DNA of 64,000 nucleotides from a virus. Under the pieces are notes generated by a model, which worked only from the letters and a program-made list of their open reading frames with translations, did no database searches and was not told the DNA's origin. The DNA is taken from positions 96,001 through 160,000 of the IMG/VR virus record IMGVR_UViG_3300032294_003343, one strand, 5' to 3'. How positions within the stretch are numbered: the stretch's first letter is position 1; each line of letters opens with the position of its first letter. A program made the position numbers and the translations under genes. Positions 38,428-48,503 of this stretch are shown here, one piece after another.

Positions 38428-39282
38428 TTAGCTTACGGTAATTCTTGAAACTGCATAGTCATTGATGAGAGCAAAACCGAGCTCTTCGTAAACAACCCAT
38501 CCGAGTCTAAGTCTCTTTGGATCGTCTGCTGGGAGGACAGTGATGTCTTGGCGAACTGGCATTGCACCAACAAATTGAGCAGGTGCGAGAACGTAAACAC
38601 TGTTCTTAGGAACCATTGTGGAAACGTGGATGTCAGCGGAATAGATGTGTCCGTAGAGACCAGTCATAAGGATGTCTCTTTGAGTTGCCTCATCGAAGAA
38701 TTCCTTACCCCAGTTTCTGATATCCTTGTATCTTTGTGGGTGAAGAACAACCTTAGCACCGATCAACTCGTGCTCTTCAATGAGGGTCAACGCAAGGTTG
38801 ACATTCTCAGGTTGGAGAGTACCAGAGACGGAAATTGCTTGGTCAGTTGGAACACCAGCGTTGATGACCTTGAAGACTTCTGTATCTTCTTGTCTTTGGA
38901 GGGAGTCCTTAGCACGGACTTGAGCTCTATCGACAATGTAGAATCTTCTTTGGCGAATTTCGTTCAAGCGGATTTGTGGGTGTGCAGCTAATTCAACTGT
39001 AGGAACGAGAAGCTCTTCAGCCTCAACCTCAGCTGTTGGAACAGCACCACGCTTAGGAATGACGTATGACTTGACAGCAACGTCTCTCTCATAGCGAGCA
39101 AGAGCACCTTGTGGGAGCTCATCAACCATCAAAAGCTTGCGACCGATGGCTTGGTACATGAGGGAAGTCTTGATTGGCTCAACCATTGCTTGTGCAAGAG
39201 CTGTGCGTCCCTCTGGAGTCTCGAGAGCCATTGCAATAATGGATTCTCTTTGCTCATTTGTGTTTCTCTTAATCATTGACAT
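38428..39282 (-). CDS. Major capsid protein (HK97 fold)
   Basis: GRTALAQAMVEPI..YQAIGRKLL, QRQEDTEVF and GWVVYEELG motifs. Last gene of the portal-protease-scaffold-decoration run, with a strong AAGGAG RBS and a terminator. Confidence 0.85.
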   Translation of the reverse strand: MSMIKRNTNEQRESIIAMALETPEGRTALAQAMVEPIKTSLMYQAIGRKLLMVDELPQGALARYERDVAVKSYVIPKRGAVPTAEVEAEELLVPTVELAAHPQIRLNEIRQRRFYIVDRAQVRAKDSLQRQEDTEVFKVINAGVPTDQAISVSGTLQPENVNLALTLIEEHELIGAKVVLHPQRYKDIRNWGKEFFDEATQRDILMTGLYGHIYSADIHVSTMVPKNSVYVLAPAQFVGAMPVRQDITVLPADDPKRLRLGWVVYEELGFALINDYAVSRITVS

Positions 39283-39315
39283 TTGAATAATTCTCCTTTA
39301 AAAATTCTTTACCGA

Positions 39316-39966
39316 TTAGACGCCACTAAGTTGGGTGAAGTAGAGAAGGCCAGCAGCAGAGTCATAATTGTCAACTCTACCAACGATAACACCATGTGTT
39401 CCAACAGTCTCTAACTTAACAAGCTTACCAGCGTTTGCAACACCACCAGCAACGGTAAGAAGGTCGCCAACAGCAGGTGTCCAAGCACTAGCGCCATCTT
39501 GAGTTACAGATGTTGAAGCAACAGCTGCAAATCTATCAGTAATAAATTGTGCACCTGGGGTGTTGAAAACGCCAACACCTCTTCTTGGACCTTCATATCC
39601 TGAAGAACCTGCAGTTGGGTTTGTAACACCATTGACGTTCTCAGCTAAGAAGTCGCCAATAGCTCTCTTTGATACAACATAGAAACCATTGTTGTTTGCG
39701 ACAAGTTCACCTGAAGCGTTGGTAAATGAAGAACCAACTGGATCGGCAAGAATCATAGTATTGCCAGTTCTTGCTGTATCATCAGCAGAGAATCCAACAA
39801 ATTTACCTAATTGTTGTTGAAGTGTTGTAAAACCAGTTGCTGATCTGTATGCAGCTGCAACAGTTCCATCAGATTGAAGGAAAAGAGCATCGCCTGCATA
39901 CCATGAAGCAGAAGCAGCTGTATTGTAGTTAGCAACTACGAGTGTGTTTAATGCACGAATAGCCAT
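39316..39966 (-). CDS. Head decoration/cement protein
   Basis: 216 aa, G/A/T-rich, immediately upstream of the capsid gene, with an AGGAG RBS. Confidence 0.6.
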   Translation of the reverse strand: MAIRALNTLVVANYNTAASASWYAGDALFLQSDGTVAAAYRSATGFTTLQQQLGKFVGFSADDTARTGNTMILADPVGSSFTNASGELVANNNGFYVVSKRAIGDFLAENVNGVTNPTAGSSGYEGPRRGVGVFNTPGAQFITDRFAAVASTSVTQDGASAWTPAVGDLLTVAGGVANAGKLVKLETVGTHGVIVGRVDNYDSAAGLLYFTQLSGV

Positions 39967-39998
39967 TGTTTATTTCTCCTAATTATTTGTTGAGGAAA

Positions 39999-41666
39999 TT
40001 AGTCCTCGATTATTGGCATTGTCCAGGTACCCTTAAGAGCACCTTGGATGTCAAGAGCTGCACTATTGTTGGATAAACCACCACTTAATGCAGGAGATGT
40101 AGATACGCCTAATGTTGAAGCGGTTCTAGTACTCATTCTTTCAGCTGCAGCAGCTGCAACTCTTTCGGTTGAAGACTGTGCGGACTTAAGTAAGAGTTTG
40201 GTTTGTCTGATCATTGAGTCAGACTTAAGACCATCATTGATCATTTGCTCTGCATATGAATCAACTTCATCGGAAGTAATAATTCCAGCTAAAGCTAATT
40301 TTGTTGCACAGCTGTAAGAAGTTTTAATTCTTGCTACATCAACGGAAGATTTCTTGAGTTCATTAACAGTTTGGTATGCACTATCCAATTCTACTTGAGT
40401 GTCGTTAATCTTCTTTTGAGTATTGACGTGTTGTCTTGTGTCAACATTTTGTGCTTCAACTTCTTTGTCTTTGGACTCAGCGTTTGTTGGGCAATCCTTG
40501 TTAGCACATCTAGTGTTTGGATCTTCCATAGCTGCCTCAGACATTCTCATTGATGTACCACATGAAGTACATTCAACGTCATGCTCTGCGGAAGCACCAA
40601 CTGTTCTAGTGGTCTTGTGTGGCATAGAAGGCATTTGAGTTGGGATGCTAGGTTGATCAGCATCTTCAAGTCCTTCAGATGGGGTTTCTAAATGATCCCA
40701 ATCTACAGTGTATTCTAATGAACCATCACCTGAACCGTCAAATTTACCTGGCTTTGTGACTGATGGAAATTGTAATGAATCAGGGTTCATGGTAGGAACT
40801 CTTTGATCGGCCCAAGTTGGGTTTTGTTCCTTAAGTGAATTTCCCTCACTACCTTCCATAGTCATAGAAGGATATTCAATTTCACCCTTCATATCAACCA
40901 TATCTTCGTTATACTTAAATGAGGCTGACGCTGGATAAGTCTCTTCTTCTGAAGCAATCTTCATGAGAATTTCTTCTCTTTCGGCTCTTCTTAAGAGAGC
41001 TTCTCTCTGTGCTTTGCGCTCAGCCAATGCTTGTTTAGTCATTGATCTAACCTCGTTGCTGTTTTTCATAAATTGTGTTTCATTGTCTTCGTCATCATCT
41101 GACTCATCTTCTGAATCCATATCATCTTCATCATCATTAAAATGGGTGATATCTTCATCATCATCTTCGTCAGAATCATCATCTCCGCCAAGAAGATTAT
41201 CTAGCGCCTCTTGCACAGCTTTTTGTGCTTGGTCAACCATATCAGCGGGAACTTCAATTTCAAAAGTGGCGACATCATCACTATCTTCTACTTCGTCTTC
41301 GTCTTCCATATCTTCATCAGACATGTCATCGTCATCTACATCTTCTGAATCTTCATCACTCATAAAGTGATGAAATTCAACATCGTCTTCATCATCTTCA
41401 GATTCATCGTTTGCGAAGTCAACAGTCTCTTTGCCATGATCAAGGTCTAAATTTGAAACATCAAGACCAGCTTGTCTAGCAATGTTAGGGAGATACTTTG
41501 CTCTGATTGCTTTTGCGACAACAACAGCTTCATTGGCATCCAAAGACGCTGTCTTTTCCATGTCGGAAGCGCAGTTCATAAGATCTTCCTTATCAGTTGC
41601 ATTGATTTCAGCTAATCTCATTGCTGCAAATCTTTCCTGATTGGCTTTATTCGAATTTTTATTCAT
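39999..41666 (-). CDS. Putative capsid scaffolding protein (very acidic)
   Basis: Lies between the protease and decoration genes. D/E-rich tracts, a coiled coil and CTSC..CANKDC. Start moved to ATG 41666 (AAGGGA RBS). Confidence 0.6.
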   Translation of the reverse strand: MNKNSNKANQERFAAMRLAEINATDKEDLMNCASDMEKTASLDANEAVVVAKAIRAKYLPNIARQAGLDVSNLDLDHGKETVDFANDESEDDEDDVEFHHFMSDEDSEDVDDDDMSDEDMEDEDEVEDSDDVATFEIEVPADMVDQAQKAVQEALDNLLGGDDDSDEDDDEDITHFNDDEDDMDSEDESDDDEDNETQFMKNSNEVRSMTKQALAERKAQREALLRRAEREEILMKIASEEETYPASASFKYNEDMVDMKGEIEYPSMTMEGSEGNSLKEQNPTWADQRVPTMNPDSLQFPSVTKPGKFDGSGDGSLEYTVDWDHLETPSEGLEDADQPSIPTQMPSMPHKTTRTVGASAEHDVECTSCGTSMRMSEAAMEDPNTRCANKDCPTNAESKDKEVEAQNVDTRQHVNTQKKINDTQVELDSAYQTVNELKKSSVDVARIKTSYSCATKLALAGIITSDEVDSYAEQMINDGLKSDSMIRQTKLLLKSAQSSTERVAAAAAERMSTRTASTLGVSTSPALSGGLSNNSAALDIQGALKGTWTMPIIED

Positions 41667-41747
41667 TTTTATGCTGCTTCCCTTAATAAAAATAAAATCT
41701 TTTATCAAAGAATCTATAAATTAGTTATTTATAAACTTTTTTTTAAC

Positions 41748-41774
41748 TTCTAGATAAGTTGTTTTTACACCTTT
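41748..41774 (-). promoter_or_regulatory. Putative late promoter AAAGG-N17-TAGAA
   Basis: Exact motif located between a terminator and the scaffold gene. Confidence 0.6.
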
Positions 41775-41781
41775 TTTAAAG

Positions 41782-41815
41782 AAAATAGTGGAGGAGTAAA
41801 TCCCCCACTATTTTT
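41782..41815. terminator. Intrinsic terminator after protease gene
   Basis: aaaatagtggagga-gtaaa-tcccccactatttt stem-loop. Confidence 0.75.
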
Positions 41816-41820
41816 ATTTA

Positions 41821-44800
41821 TTAATCTATCCAAGTAATGGATACATCGAGTTTTGATGGATCTTTCTTGGAAGCTTGTACAGTTGTTCTTGAATAATTTC
41901 CACACTTGTAGCAGAATGTATTATTCTTGACTTTATGTGCTTCTCTATCTCCACATGAAGGGCAAACCATACCCACTGGAAGCATTGATTCTGCTGTTCT
42001 GTCAAAAGACGGTAATGCAGTCTTCAAGTAGATATCTGAATCAACTGTAGCTGATAATCTGACCATTGTTTTGATAGTGTCTGCAACAGGTCCCATACCA
42101 GGTGCAGCTGGGTTAGCAGCTGGCATTTCTGTTGGTGCAGTTGCAGCACCTAATCCAGTATCAGGTCCAAGACCAAGTGGTTCTTCTTCTGGTGAAGATT
42201 TGCCCTTATCACCCATTGAAATTAATTCAAGGGATTGCATAATCTTGTAAGTAGTGCCACAGCTTTGACAATCTGCATTTGATTCAGAGATGTTTACATC
42301 GTCGGAACCACAAACTGGACAAACTGAACCCCATGGTTTCTTTTCACCTGGTTCTGAAATTGCATCCATATCACCAGATTCATTCATATCAGATCCACCA
42401 GTAAGTGAAGAAATACCTAAATCACCACCAGCAGGTGCACCACCACCCAAACCTGGATCAACTGGACCAGCTGCAGGGCCTTGAGGAGCTTGAGCACCAC
42501 CAGCAGGAGCTCCCATGCCTGGTGCAATTTGTGCATATTTAGCTAAAATATTGTCTCTTCTGGCTTTTCTAGCTAATCTAGCACCTTCAGTCATTATTAC
42601 TGGCATTTCCATGCTATCTTCAGCATTCATTTCGGCATCTACATCATCAGTCTTGAATGTTTTTGAAGATGCAGTAGAAACAGTTGCAGTAACATCGCCG
42701 TTTTCAGATACAATCAAGTCTGTGAATGAGAATGTACCTGGATCAACTTGGAATCCATGACCTTGAAGAACTTCAATTGCTTTTTGCTTGAATGATTCAT
42801 CAAAATTGCTATCACTTGGTTGTACGCCATCTAAATCTTCAGCTCTGCACATAAATCTAATGCAGTCAGATTTGCTTTGAGTAACTGTCATACCAGCTGT
42901 TCTTTCAGAAGCTAAAACAGCCTTGGCTACTAACTTTTCTGCAACTTCGAATTCTTCACAAAGTCTCTTTGCAGCTTTAGCAATTCTTCTTGTGCTGATA
43001 CCAAAGTTTGTTGAATAATCTGCCAACCAACCAATGACATTTTCAGAAATATTCTTTGTGGATGCAGTTTTTACACCCCAGAATTCTCTTCTTGCTCTAG
43101 CTCTCAATCTGCCATCAGTTGCAGTAGCTGTCTTTGCTCTATCAATAGCTGCCATCAATTGTTTTTCTGGCATTGCTTCAACAGAATCAACAACTTCATC
43201 AGGAGTTGTTCCAGTTTCTTTTGATGACATTGCCATTGCAGAAATTGCAGACTTAAGGTCTTCCTTTGAAATTAGATCAGCATCAGCATCTACAGCTGAC
43301 ATGAGTGCAGACTTAAGTTCTTCTGATTTTGAAGGGGTTGTATCAACATCTAAACCTTCTGTAGGAACATTTGCTTGACCCATGAGAAGCTCTGCAATTC
43401 TTGAAACGCCTTCTTTAGTCATTTCACCTTCTTCAACTGCAACTGAAAGAGCATCAGCAAGATCCATAGCAGTAATCTCAGAAGTAACAGCAGCACCTAA
43501 TTGCTTAATAACAGCAGAAACTGAATTTTCTGGTTCAGCACTACCACCAAAGAATTCTGCTTTTTCTGCTTTGTCTGCTTCCATGTCTGTTCCAGCAGCA
43601 GCAGTGCCAATCATTTCAGGAAGCATTGGTTCTTCAGCTAAAGTTTGTGCAACACGAATGATAGTTTTAGGTGTTTCAAGTGAAGAAATTACAGCCTTGC
43701 CTAACGCAGTGATTGTGGCTGTCATAATTTCAGTAGCACTTGCAGAACCTTCAGCACGATGGTTTGATAATTGCTTTTCTAAAACTTCAGTTGGGACACC
43801 ATGAGTAACTTCATCAACAAGTTGTGTTAAGGATTTACGGACTTCGTCATCTTTTACTCTTCTTCCATAAAGACCAGCATCTCCAAGAAGAATTTCTGTT
43901 ACAGCGTCTTGGCTTGCACCAGTTTGCTTTGATTGTAATTGTTTTTCTTTGACTTCATTCACAAAACCAGTATTTTTGGACTTAATGCCATCGACTAAAT
44001 TATCATACGATTCACCGCTTCTAACTTCGTCAAGCTGTCTTTCTCTATCGTCAAGTCTTTCTTTGACATCAAGCAAAGCAGTCTTGACAAATTGTGAATA
44101 ATCCTTGAGCAATTCAGCAGCAACTCTTGTCCCTTGTCCATTTTCCATCAAACCAAGTTGATTTTCATTTAGGATAGGTTCCCAAGCAGTTCTTTTTCCA
44201 TTTGTGTAACCTGTGATTGAACCATCAGTAGAAAGAACAACTCTATTACCTGCATTGTCCTCGACTTTAAAATCGATTGTAACTGCAGCAGCAAGTTTTT
44301 TTCTTTGCTCTGATGCAATCTTTGCAAAGTGATCCATTTGATTTCTGCTCCCCGCCACGAAAGGCGTATTTGTTTTTATATTTTTGCTTCTTTCATTAGC
44401 AATTCTAATGACATTATCAATACTTTTTTGAGTTTGAGCATCATTATTTAAATTAAGTTTCAAACTTAAAATACTTTTTGTCAAATTCAAAATTTTATTG
44501 GAAGATGAACCGTTTTGAGCGCTAGCAAAAACTTCTCTTTTACCATCTCTTGAAGCCCATACCAAATTGTGAATGCTAGAGGCTAATGCAACACCGCCTC
44601 CAACTTGGGTACCTTGATCTCCAGAATAAGTAAGGTCCATTACTTTTCCTACAGATTCAGTTGGTGCATAATTTGCCAGACCAATATTGGCATTCATAGG
44701 AGAAGCTTGTGCAGCTTGTCCTTGTTGCATACTTTGAGGTTGATTGATTTGTTGAGGTCTTTGGCCAGAACCAACGTCAATTCCATCATCAATCATGTCC

Positions 44801-45972
44801 TGCATAGTTGATTGAAGTTCAGCCATAGATTTGGTTACTTTACCTACATGACCTAAATCAACATTATCTTTTCTAGCAAACATATTCATCACTGCAACTT
44901 CCAAGAAGTTTAATGATAAGTTGATTAAATCTAGGATGTTCAACCCAGCAGCAGGATCAATTCCTAAAGCCGTCAAAACTGCTTGAACAGTTGAATTTTG
45001 ATTAGCCCCAGCCCCAGCCAATAAAGGGCCACCTACAAGAGTTCCAGCTTGTTGAGCAAGTCTTATTGCAGTTTTAGCTGTAGAATTAGCTACTCTTAAA
45101 CAATTCTCGTATTCTGATCTTGCAGAAGATTCTTGTGGAGATCCTTGTAATGCTAGTACGATATTTGCAGAAAGCTCATTTGCTTTCTTTTCCAAATTCA
45201 TTGCTGCATCTAAAACATCATCAACATCATAAATTTCTTGAATTTCACAAGATTCAAAAGCACCATCACCAACGCAGCTTAACTCAATAAACTTAACGCC
45301 ATAGTTCTTTTCGTATGCTTTTTTGCCAGATTCAGGATAAATTTTGCCTTTATACTTCTTGAGGTGATCACAATAATCTCTCTCTGTGTATGCTTTATTG
45401 CCACAAATTGAACAAACACCCCATTCAACACTAGCACCCATTGAAACATCGTGAATTACACCAGTACGTATGTTTCTTGCAATATCAGGATAAGCTTCTT
45501 CATCTACAAAGAAAGTACAGTAAACACAATCTTCTTCTTCATCCCATTCAGCATAAACAACCATTCCTTTGGCTTGTTCAATATCATCATTCTTATGGTT
45601 TGTGTAAATTGGCACACCTTCGAATGTTTTATATGATGGGATTTTCTTGCCCTTAATCTCAACTTCTTTGAGTAATTCTTCTTTAGAAAACAAGTCACCA
45701 TTAGCATTTACAACATCTGCGTCGATTGCTCTGGCTCTAACCCATAAAAGCTTTGCACCTTTACGAGCTTGCATTTCCTTAACAATGTCGAAATCTTTGT
45801 ATTTTTCTAGGACTTCTTTTGGATCAGCGTAGAGAGATTGAAGACCAATTTTTGCAGCTTCTCTCATATTAGATGAAGCAGTCTTAATAATATAATCTCT
45901 AGCTATATTTCGGTCATTTTCGTTGAGAAAACTATTAATTGTAATAGCTCCTCCTTTTGCAACCTTGTACAT
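41821..45972 (-). CDS. Prohead maturation protease with very long C-terminal scaffold-like/Zn-ribbon extension
   Basis: N-terminal NANGDLF, YTNH, DVSMG, CSICG..CDH and FIELSCV motifs (HK97/herpes-type protease). Start moved to ATG 45972 (GAGGA RBS). Confidence 0.75.
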   Translation of the reverse strand: MYKVAKGGAITINSFLNENDRNIARDYIIKTASSNMREAAKIGLQSLYADPKEVLEKYKDFDIVKEMQARKGAKLLWVRARAIDADVVNANGDLFSKEELLKEVEIKGKKIPSYKTFEGVPIYTNHKNDDIEQAKGMVVYAEWDEEEDCVYCTFFVDEEAYPDIARNIRTGVIHDVSMGASVEWGVCSICGNKAYTERDYCDHLKKYKGKIYPESGKKAYEKNYGVKFIELSCVGDGAFESCEIQEIYDVDDVLDAAMNLEKKANELSANIVLALQGSPQESSARSEYENCLRVANSTAKTAIRLAQQAGTLVGGPLLAGAGANQNSTVQAVLTALGIDPAAGLNILDLINLSLNFLEVAVMNMFARKDNVDLGHVGKVTKSMAELQSTMQDMIDDGIDVGSGQRPQQINQPQSMQQGQAAQASPMNANIGLANYAPTESVGKVMDLTYSGDQGTQVGGGVALASSIHNLVWASRDGKREVFASAQNGSSSNKILNLTKSILSLKLNLNNDAQTQKSIDNVIRIANERSKNIKTNTPFVAGSRNQMDHFAKIASEQRKKLAAAVTIDFKVEDNAGNRVVLSTDGSITGYTNGKRTAWEPILNENQLGLMENGQGTRVAAELLKDYSQFVKTALLDVKERLDDRERQLDEVRSGESYDNLVDGIKSKNTGFVNEVKEKQLQSKQTGASQDAVTEILLGDAGLYGRRVKDDEVRKSLTQLVDEVTHGVPTEVLEKQLSNHRAEGSASATEIMTATITALGKAVISSLETPKTIIRVAQTLAEEPMLPEMIGTAAAGTDMEADKAEKAEFFGGSAEPENSVSAVIKQLGAAVTSEITAMDLADALSVAVEEGEMTKEGVSRIAELLMGQANVPTEGLDVDTTPSKSEELKSALMSAVDADADLISKEDLKSAISAMAMSSKETGTTPDEVVDSVEAMPEKQLMAAIDRAKTATATDGRLRARARREFWGVKTASTKNISENVIGWLADYSTNFGISTRRIAKAAKRLCEEFEVAEKLVAKAVLASERTAGMTVTQSKSDCIRFMCRAEDLDGVQPSDSNFDESFKQKAIEVLQGHGFQVDPGTFSFTDLIVSENGDVTATVSTASSKTFKTDDVDAEMNAEDSMEMPVIMTEGARLARKARRDNILAKYAQIAPGMGAPAGGAQAPQGPAAGPVDPGLGGGAPAGGDLGISSLTGGSDMNESGDMDAISEPGEKKPWGSVCPVCGSDDVNISESNADCQSCGTTYKIMQSLELISMGDKGKSSPEEEPLGLGPDTGLGAATAPTEMPAANPAAPGMGPVADTIKTMVRLSATVDSDIYLKTALPSFDRTAESMLPVGMVCPSCGDREAHKVKNNTFCYKCGNYSRTTVQASKKDPSKLDVSITWID

Positions 45973-46012
45973 ATATTCAATCCTCAAAAAATAAAGTTAT
46001 CAATAGGATTTG

Positions 46013-46039
46013 TTCTATTTTCAACATATAAAAACCTGT
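46013..46039 (-). promoter_or_regulatory. Putative late promoter ACAGG-N17-TAGAA
   Basis: Same motif and spacing, between a terminator and the protease gene. Confidence 0.6.
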
Positions 46040-46045
46040 AAAATT

Positions 46046-46071
46046 TAAACCCGTCGATTTCGACGGGTTTA
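46046..46071. terminator. Intrinsic terminator after portal gene
   Basis: taaacccgtcga-tt-tcgacgggttta inverted repeat. Confidence 0.75.
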
Positions 46072-46097
46072 TTGTACAGTGACAAACTATTCTTCAA

Positions 46098-48470
46098 TTA
46101 CAAATATTCCGAATTACCCTCACCCATACCTGTTCGTTTTTTGATTGCTTTGATCAAAACATTTAGACAATCTTGAGGATGATCATTGATTTCTTTGTCT
46201 GTAAATCTAACAATAATCCATCCATTTGCAGCTAATTCTGAATCTCTTCGTTTATCTTTTGCAATTTTATCTGGATTGTTATGCCAAATTTCTCCATCTG
46301 CTTCAATACCAATTTTAAGATTTGGAATTGCAGCATCTAATTGATAATCCATTGTAGGCCCAGCAGAATATTGAGCATAAAGAGGAAATGGCATATTTAA
46401 TGACATTGTTAAACCATATAGTTTCTTCTCTAAACTAGTAAACATTTTTGGTTGTTGGGAAACATCTATTTTCTTTTTAGCATATCTTTTGATAGATTCA
46501 TTCTCATTTGATGCAAATTGATATATCTCTTCCAAAGCATAATTATTCAATGGATGAGAATTATCTCCTCCACAGAGAGGGGTTTGCAATGATCCAAACA
46601 AACCATCATATTCACTTGGGAGTGGCCCAAGAGATCCTCTTCCTGTTACTGGGGTCAAAGACATCAAGAAGCCTTCATGAGCAGCAGACTTTATTCTTTT
46701 ACTTGCAGTTCTGACACCTGAATTTTTAGCATTAATTCTTTCATCATAAATTTCGTTTATTAAATTACTAGCTAATTTGTAATTTTTTGTCATAACTGAA
46801 GCTGTTGGAGCTGGTGCACCACCGGGTGCAGGAGCTGCAGGAGGAGCTCCAACAGGAGGCGGAGGAGCCCCACCAACTGCTAAATCTGCTGGGGGAGGAG
46901 CTCCCATACCACCAGATGCATCTGGTGCTCCAGCACCAAATCCCTGCCCTGTCACTCCTCCACTTTGAAAACTCAATGAAATATTGGGAGTTCCAAATGA
47001 TTGATCATTGACAAAGTTTGCTCCCTGTTCAAATCTCAATCTTTCAATTTCTTGATCAGAATCTAATCCAAATGCTTCAATGAGAGAAACATTTGAAATC
47101 ACACCGTTTTGGTTTGCAGTTACAAGCATTTGAAGCTTGCCAGTATCATCACGTAATTGAAGATCATCAAATTTGATTTTAGGATAAACTAATTCATCCT
47201 GACCTCTTTCGCCTTCAATTACAAAACCATTCCATTTTGCAACTGGCATGAAAACATTTTGTTCAATCCAGTGTGCAACTTCTCTTCTAAAAGTCTCTAA
47301 TCTTTGAGCCATTGCAAGAAGACCAACTTGAGCATTACCATAAGTTGGACCCTCGCCATTCAATAGAGCTTTATTGAGCATGACACCATCTAAAATTTCT
47401 TGTTCAATTAATTCAAATTCACCAGTAAGAGGATGAATTTTGCCCGTAGCTCCGTACCATTCAAGATCAAAATTATGGTGAGTTACAAGAGTTAAGTTTG
47501 GATCATTAGCAATAGAAGCTAACTCATCTTGAACATTGTCAATATCTTCTTGTGATGCTGGTCTTGTATCACTACCAATTTTTACAACCTTAATAGGCAA
47601 AATAAGACGTTCAGCAATCATATATTGAGCTTGACGTAATTTATCCTTGTAAGTCAAGATTGGAAACAACGGTCTGATCATGGAAATTCCATAATCTTCC
47701 CAAGGGTTTGAGCCATACTTAAAATGATGAATAGAAATAGGATTAAGCTTGATAGGATTTCCTTGCATAATCATCTTTTTTATATCATCAGGAATTTTGT
47801 CATAGACTTCCTTAGGATGTCTTTCATTTACAATTCTAATTTCTTCTGCAGATGGTCTGTAAGCATAACTACCTGGTTGATCAATCATGCCTGGACTTTT
47901 AATTACAGAGTCTGGATTTAAAATCGAAATTGATTTCCAGGTAGCTCCATCATGTTCACACTCTTTATTTTTGTCATCATCCCAATTTGAACCGTGGCAG
48001 TGAGGACAATCAAGAGAAAGCAAAACAAATGAATCACCTAACAAGTGATATGTTTTGGAAATTTCAGGAAGCCATTTTTGAAAATTGAGAGATTCTACTA
48101 ACTTTTCAAAATAGTCTTTCACGTAAGAAGAAGAACATTCTAGCTTCCAGCCAGAAAATGGATAGTTGGTGTAAAAATTGACAGCTGCAGCAATTTTTGG
48201 TTCGTTATTTCTCCACCAGTTAGCCCAAAGATAAACTTCACGACGAGCATTTGGGATTTGAAAAGATGATGGAGTTAAAAAAGGCGAATAGAAATTTGGA
48301 GATGTAGTTACTGTGTTTACACTAGCAGTTCTTGTAACACTGGGTCCTAAACCTAGACCAATTCTACTGCTTGCATAATTTCTATCTACAGTTGATGAAG
48401 TTGTGGGTGCTCCTGATACTTGTGTTGCTGCTGTTCTGATAGCAGAAGCCAATGATGTTCTATTTGCCAT
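46098..48470 (-). CDS. Portal protein fused to C-terminal DUF559/Vsr-like endonuclease domain
   Basis: Portal-type core (EPKIAAAVNFYTNYP, ILNPDSV, WEDYGISMI, LPIKVVKIG). C-terminal LDAAIPNLKIGIEADGEIWH..DKRRDSELAANGWIIVRF. Located between terminase and protease. Confidence 0.8.
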   Translation of the reverse strand: MANRTSLASAIRTAATQVSGAPTTSSTVDRNYASSRIGLGLGPSVTRTASVNTVTTSPNFYSPFLTPSSFQIPNARREVYLWANWWRNNEPKIAAAVNFYTNYPFSGWKLECSSSYVKDYFEKLVESLNFQKWLPEISKTYHLLGDSFVLLSLDCPHCHGSNWDDDKNKECEHDGATWKSISILNPDSVIKSPGMIDQPGSYAYRPSAEEIRIVNERHPKEVYDKIPDDIKKMIMQGNPIKLNPISIHHFKYGSNPWEDYGISMIRPLFPILTYKDKLRQAQYMIAERLILPIKVVKIGSDTRPASQEDIDNVQDELASIANDPNLTLVTHHNFDLEWYGATGKIHPLTGEFELIEQEILDGVMLNKALLNGEGPTYGNAQVGLLAMAQRLETFRREVAHWIEQNVFMPVAKWNGFVIEGERGQDELVYPKIKFDDLQLRDDTGKLQMLVTANQNGVISNVSLIEAFGLDSDQEIERLRFEQGANFVNDQSFGTPNISLSFQSGGVTGQGFGAGAPDASGGMGAPPPADLAVGGAPPPPVGAPPAAPAPGGAPAPTASVMTKNYKLASNLINEIYDERINAKNSGVRTASKRIKSAAHEGFLMSLTPVTGRGSLGPLPSEYDGLFGSLQTPLCGGDNSHPLNNYALEEIYQFASNENESIKRYAKKKIDVSQQPKMFTSLEKKLYGLTMSLNMPFPLYAQYSAGPTMDYQLDAAIPNLKIGIEADGEIWHNNPDKIAKDKRRDSELAANGWIIVRFTDKEINDHPQDCLNVLIKAIKKRTGMGEGNSEYL

Positions 48471-48483
48471 AACATATATTATA
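48468..48483 (-). promoter_or_regulatory. -10 box 7 nt before portal ATG (leaderless-type)
   Basis: GG-TATAAT-atatgtt-ATG with no SD. Confidence 0.6.
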
Positions 48484-48503
48484 CCGTTCTATAAATTGAG
48501 AAC

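Noticed and set aside
38428-39282. Encapsulin nanocompartment with metabolic cargo genes
   Set aside because: The short HK97-fold protein lies with portal, protease, scaffold and terminase genes, so it is a phage capsid.
40048-45832. Many plus-strand ORFs antisense to the scaffold and protease genes (and similar short nested ORFs elsewhere)
   Set aside because: These are Ser-rich shadow frames of acidic proteins, with no RBS or recognisable motifs.
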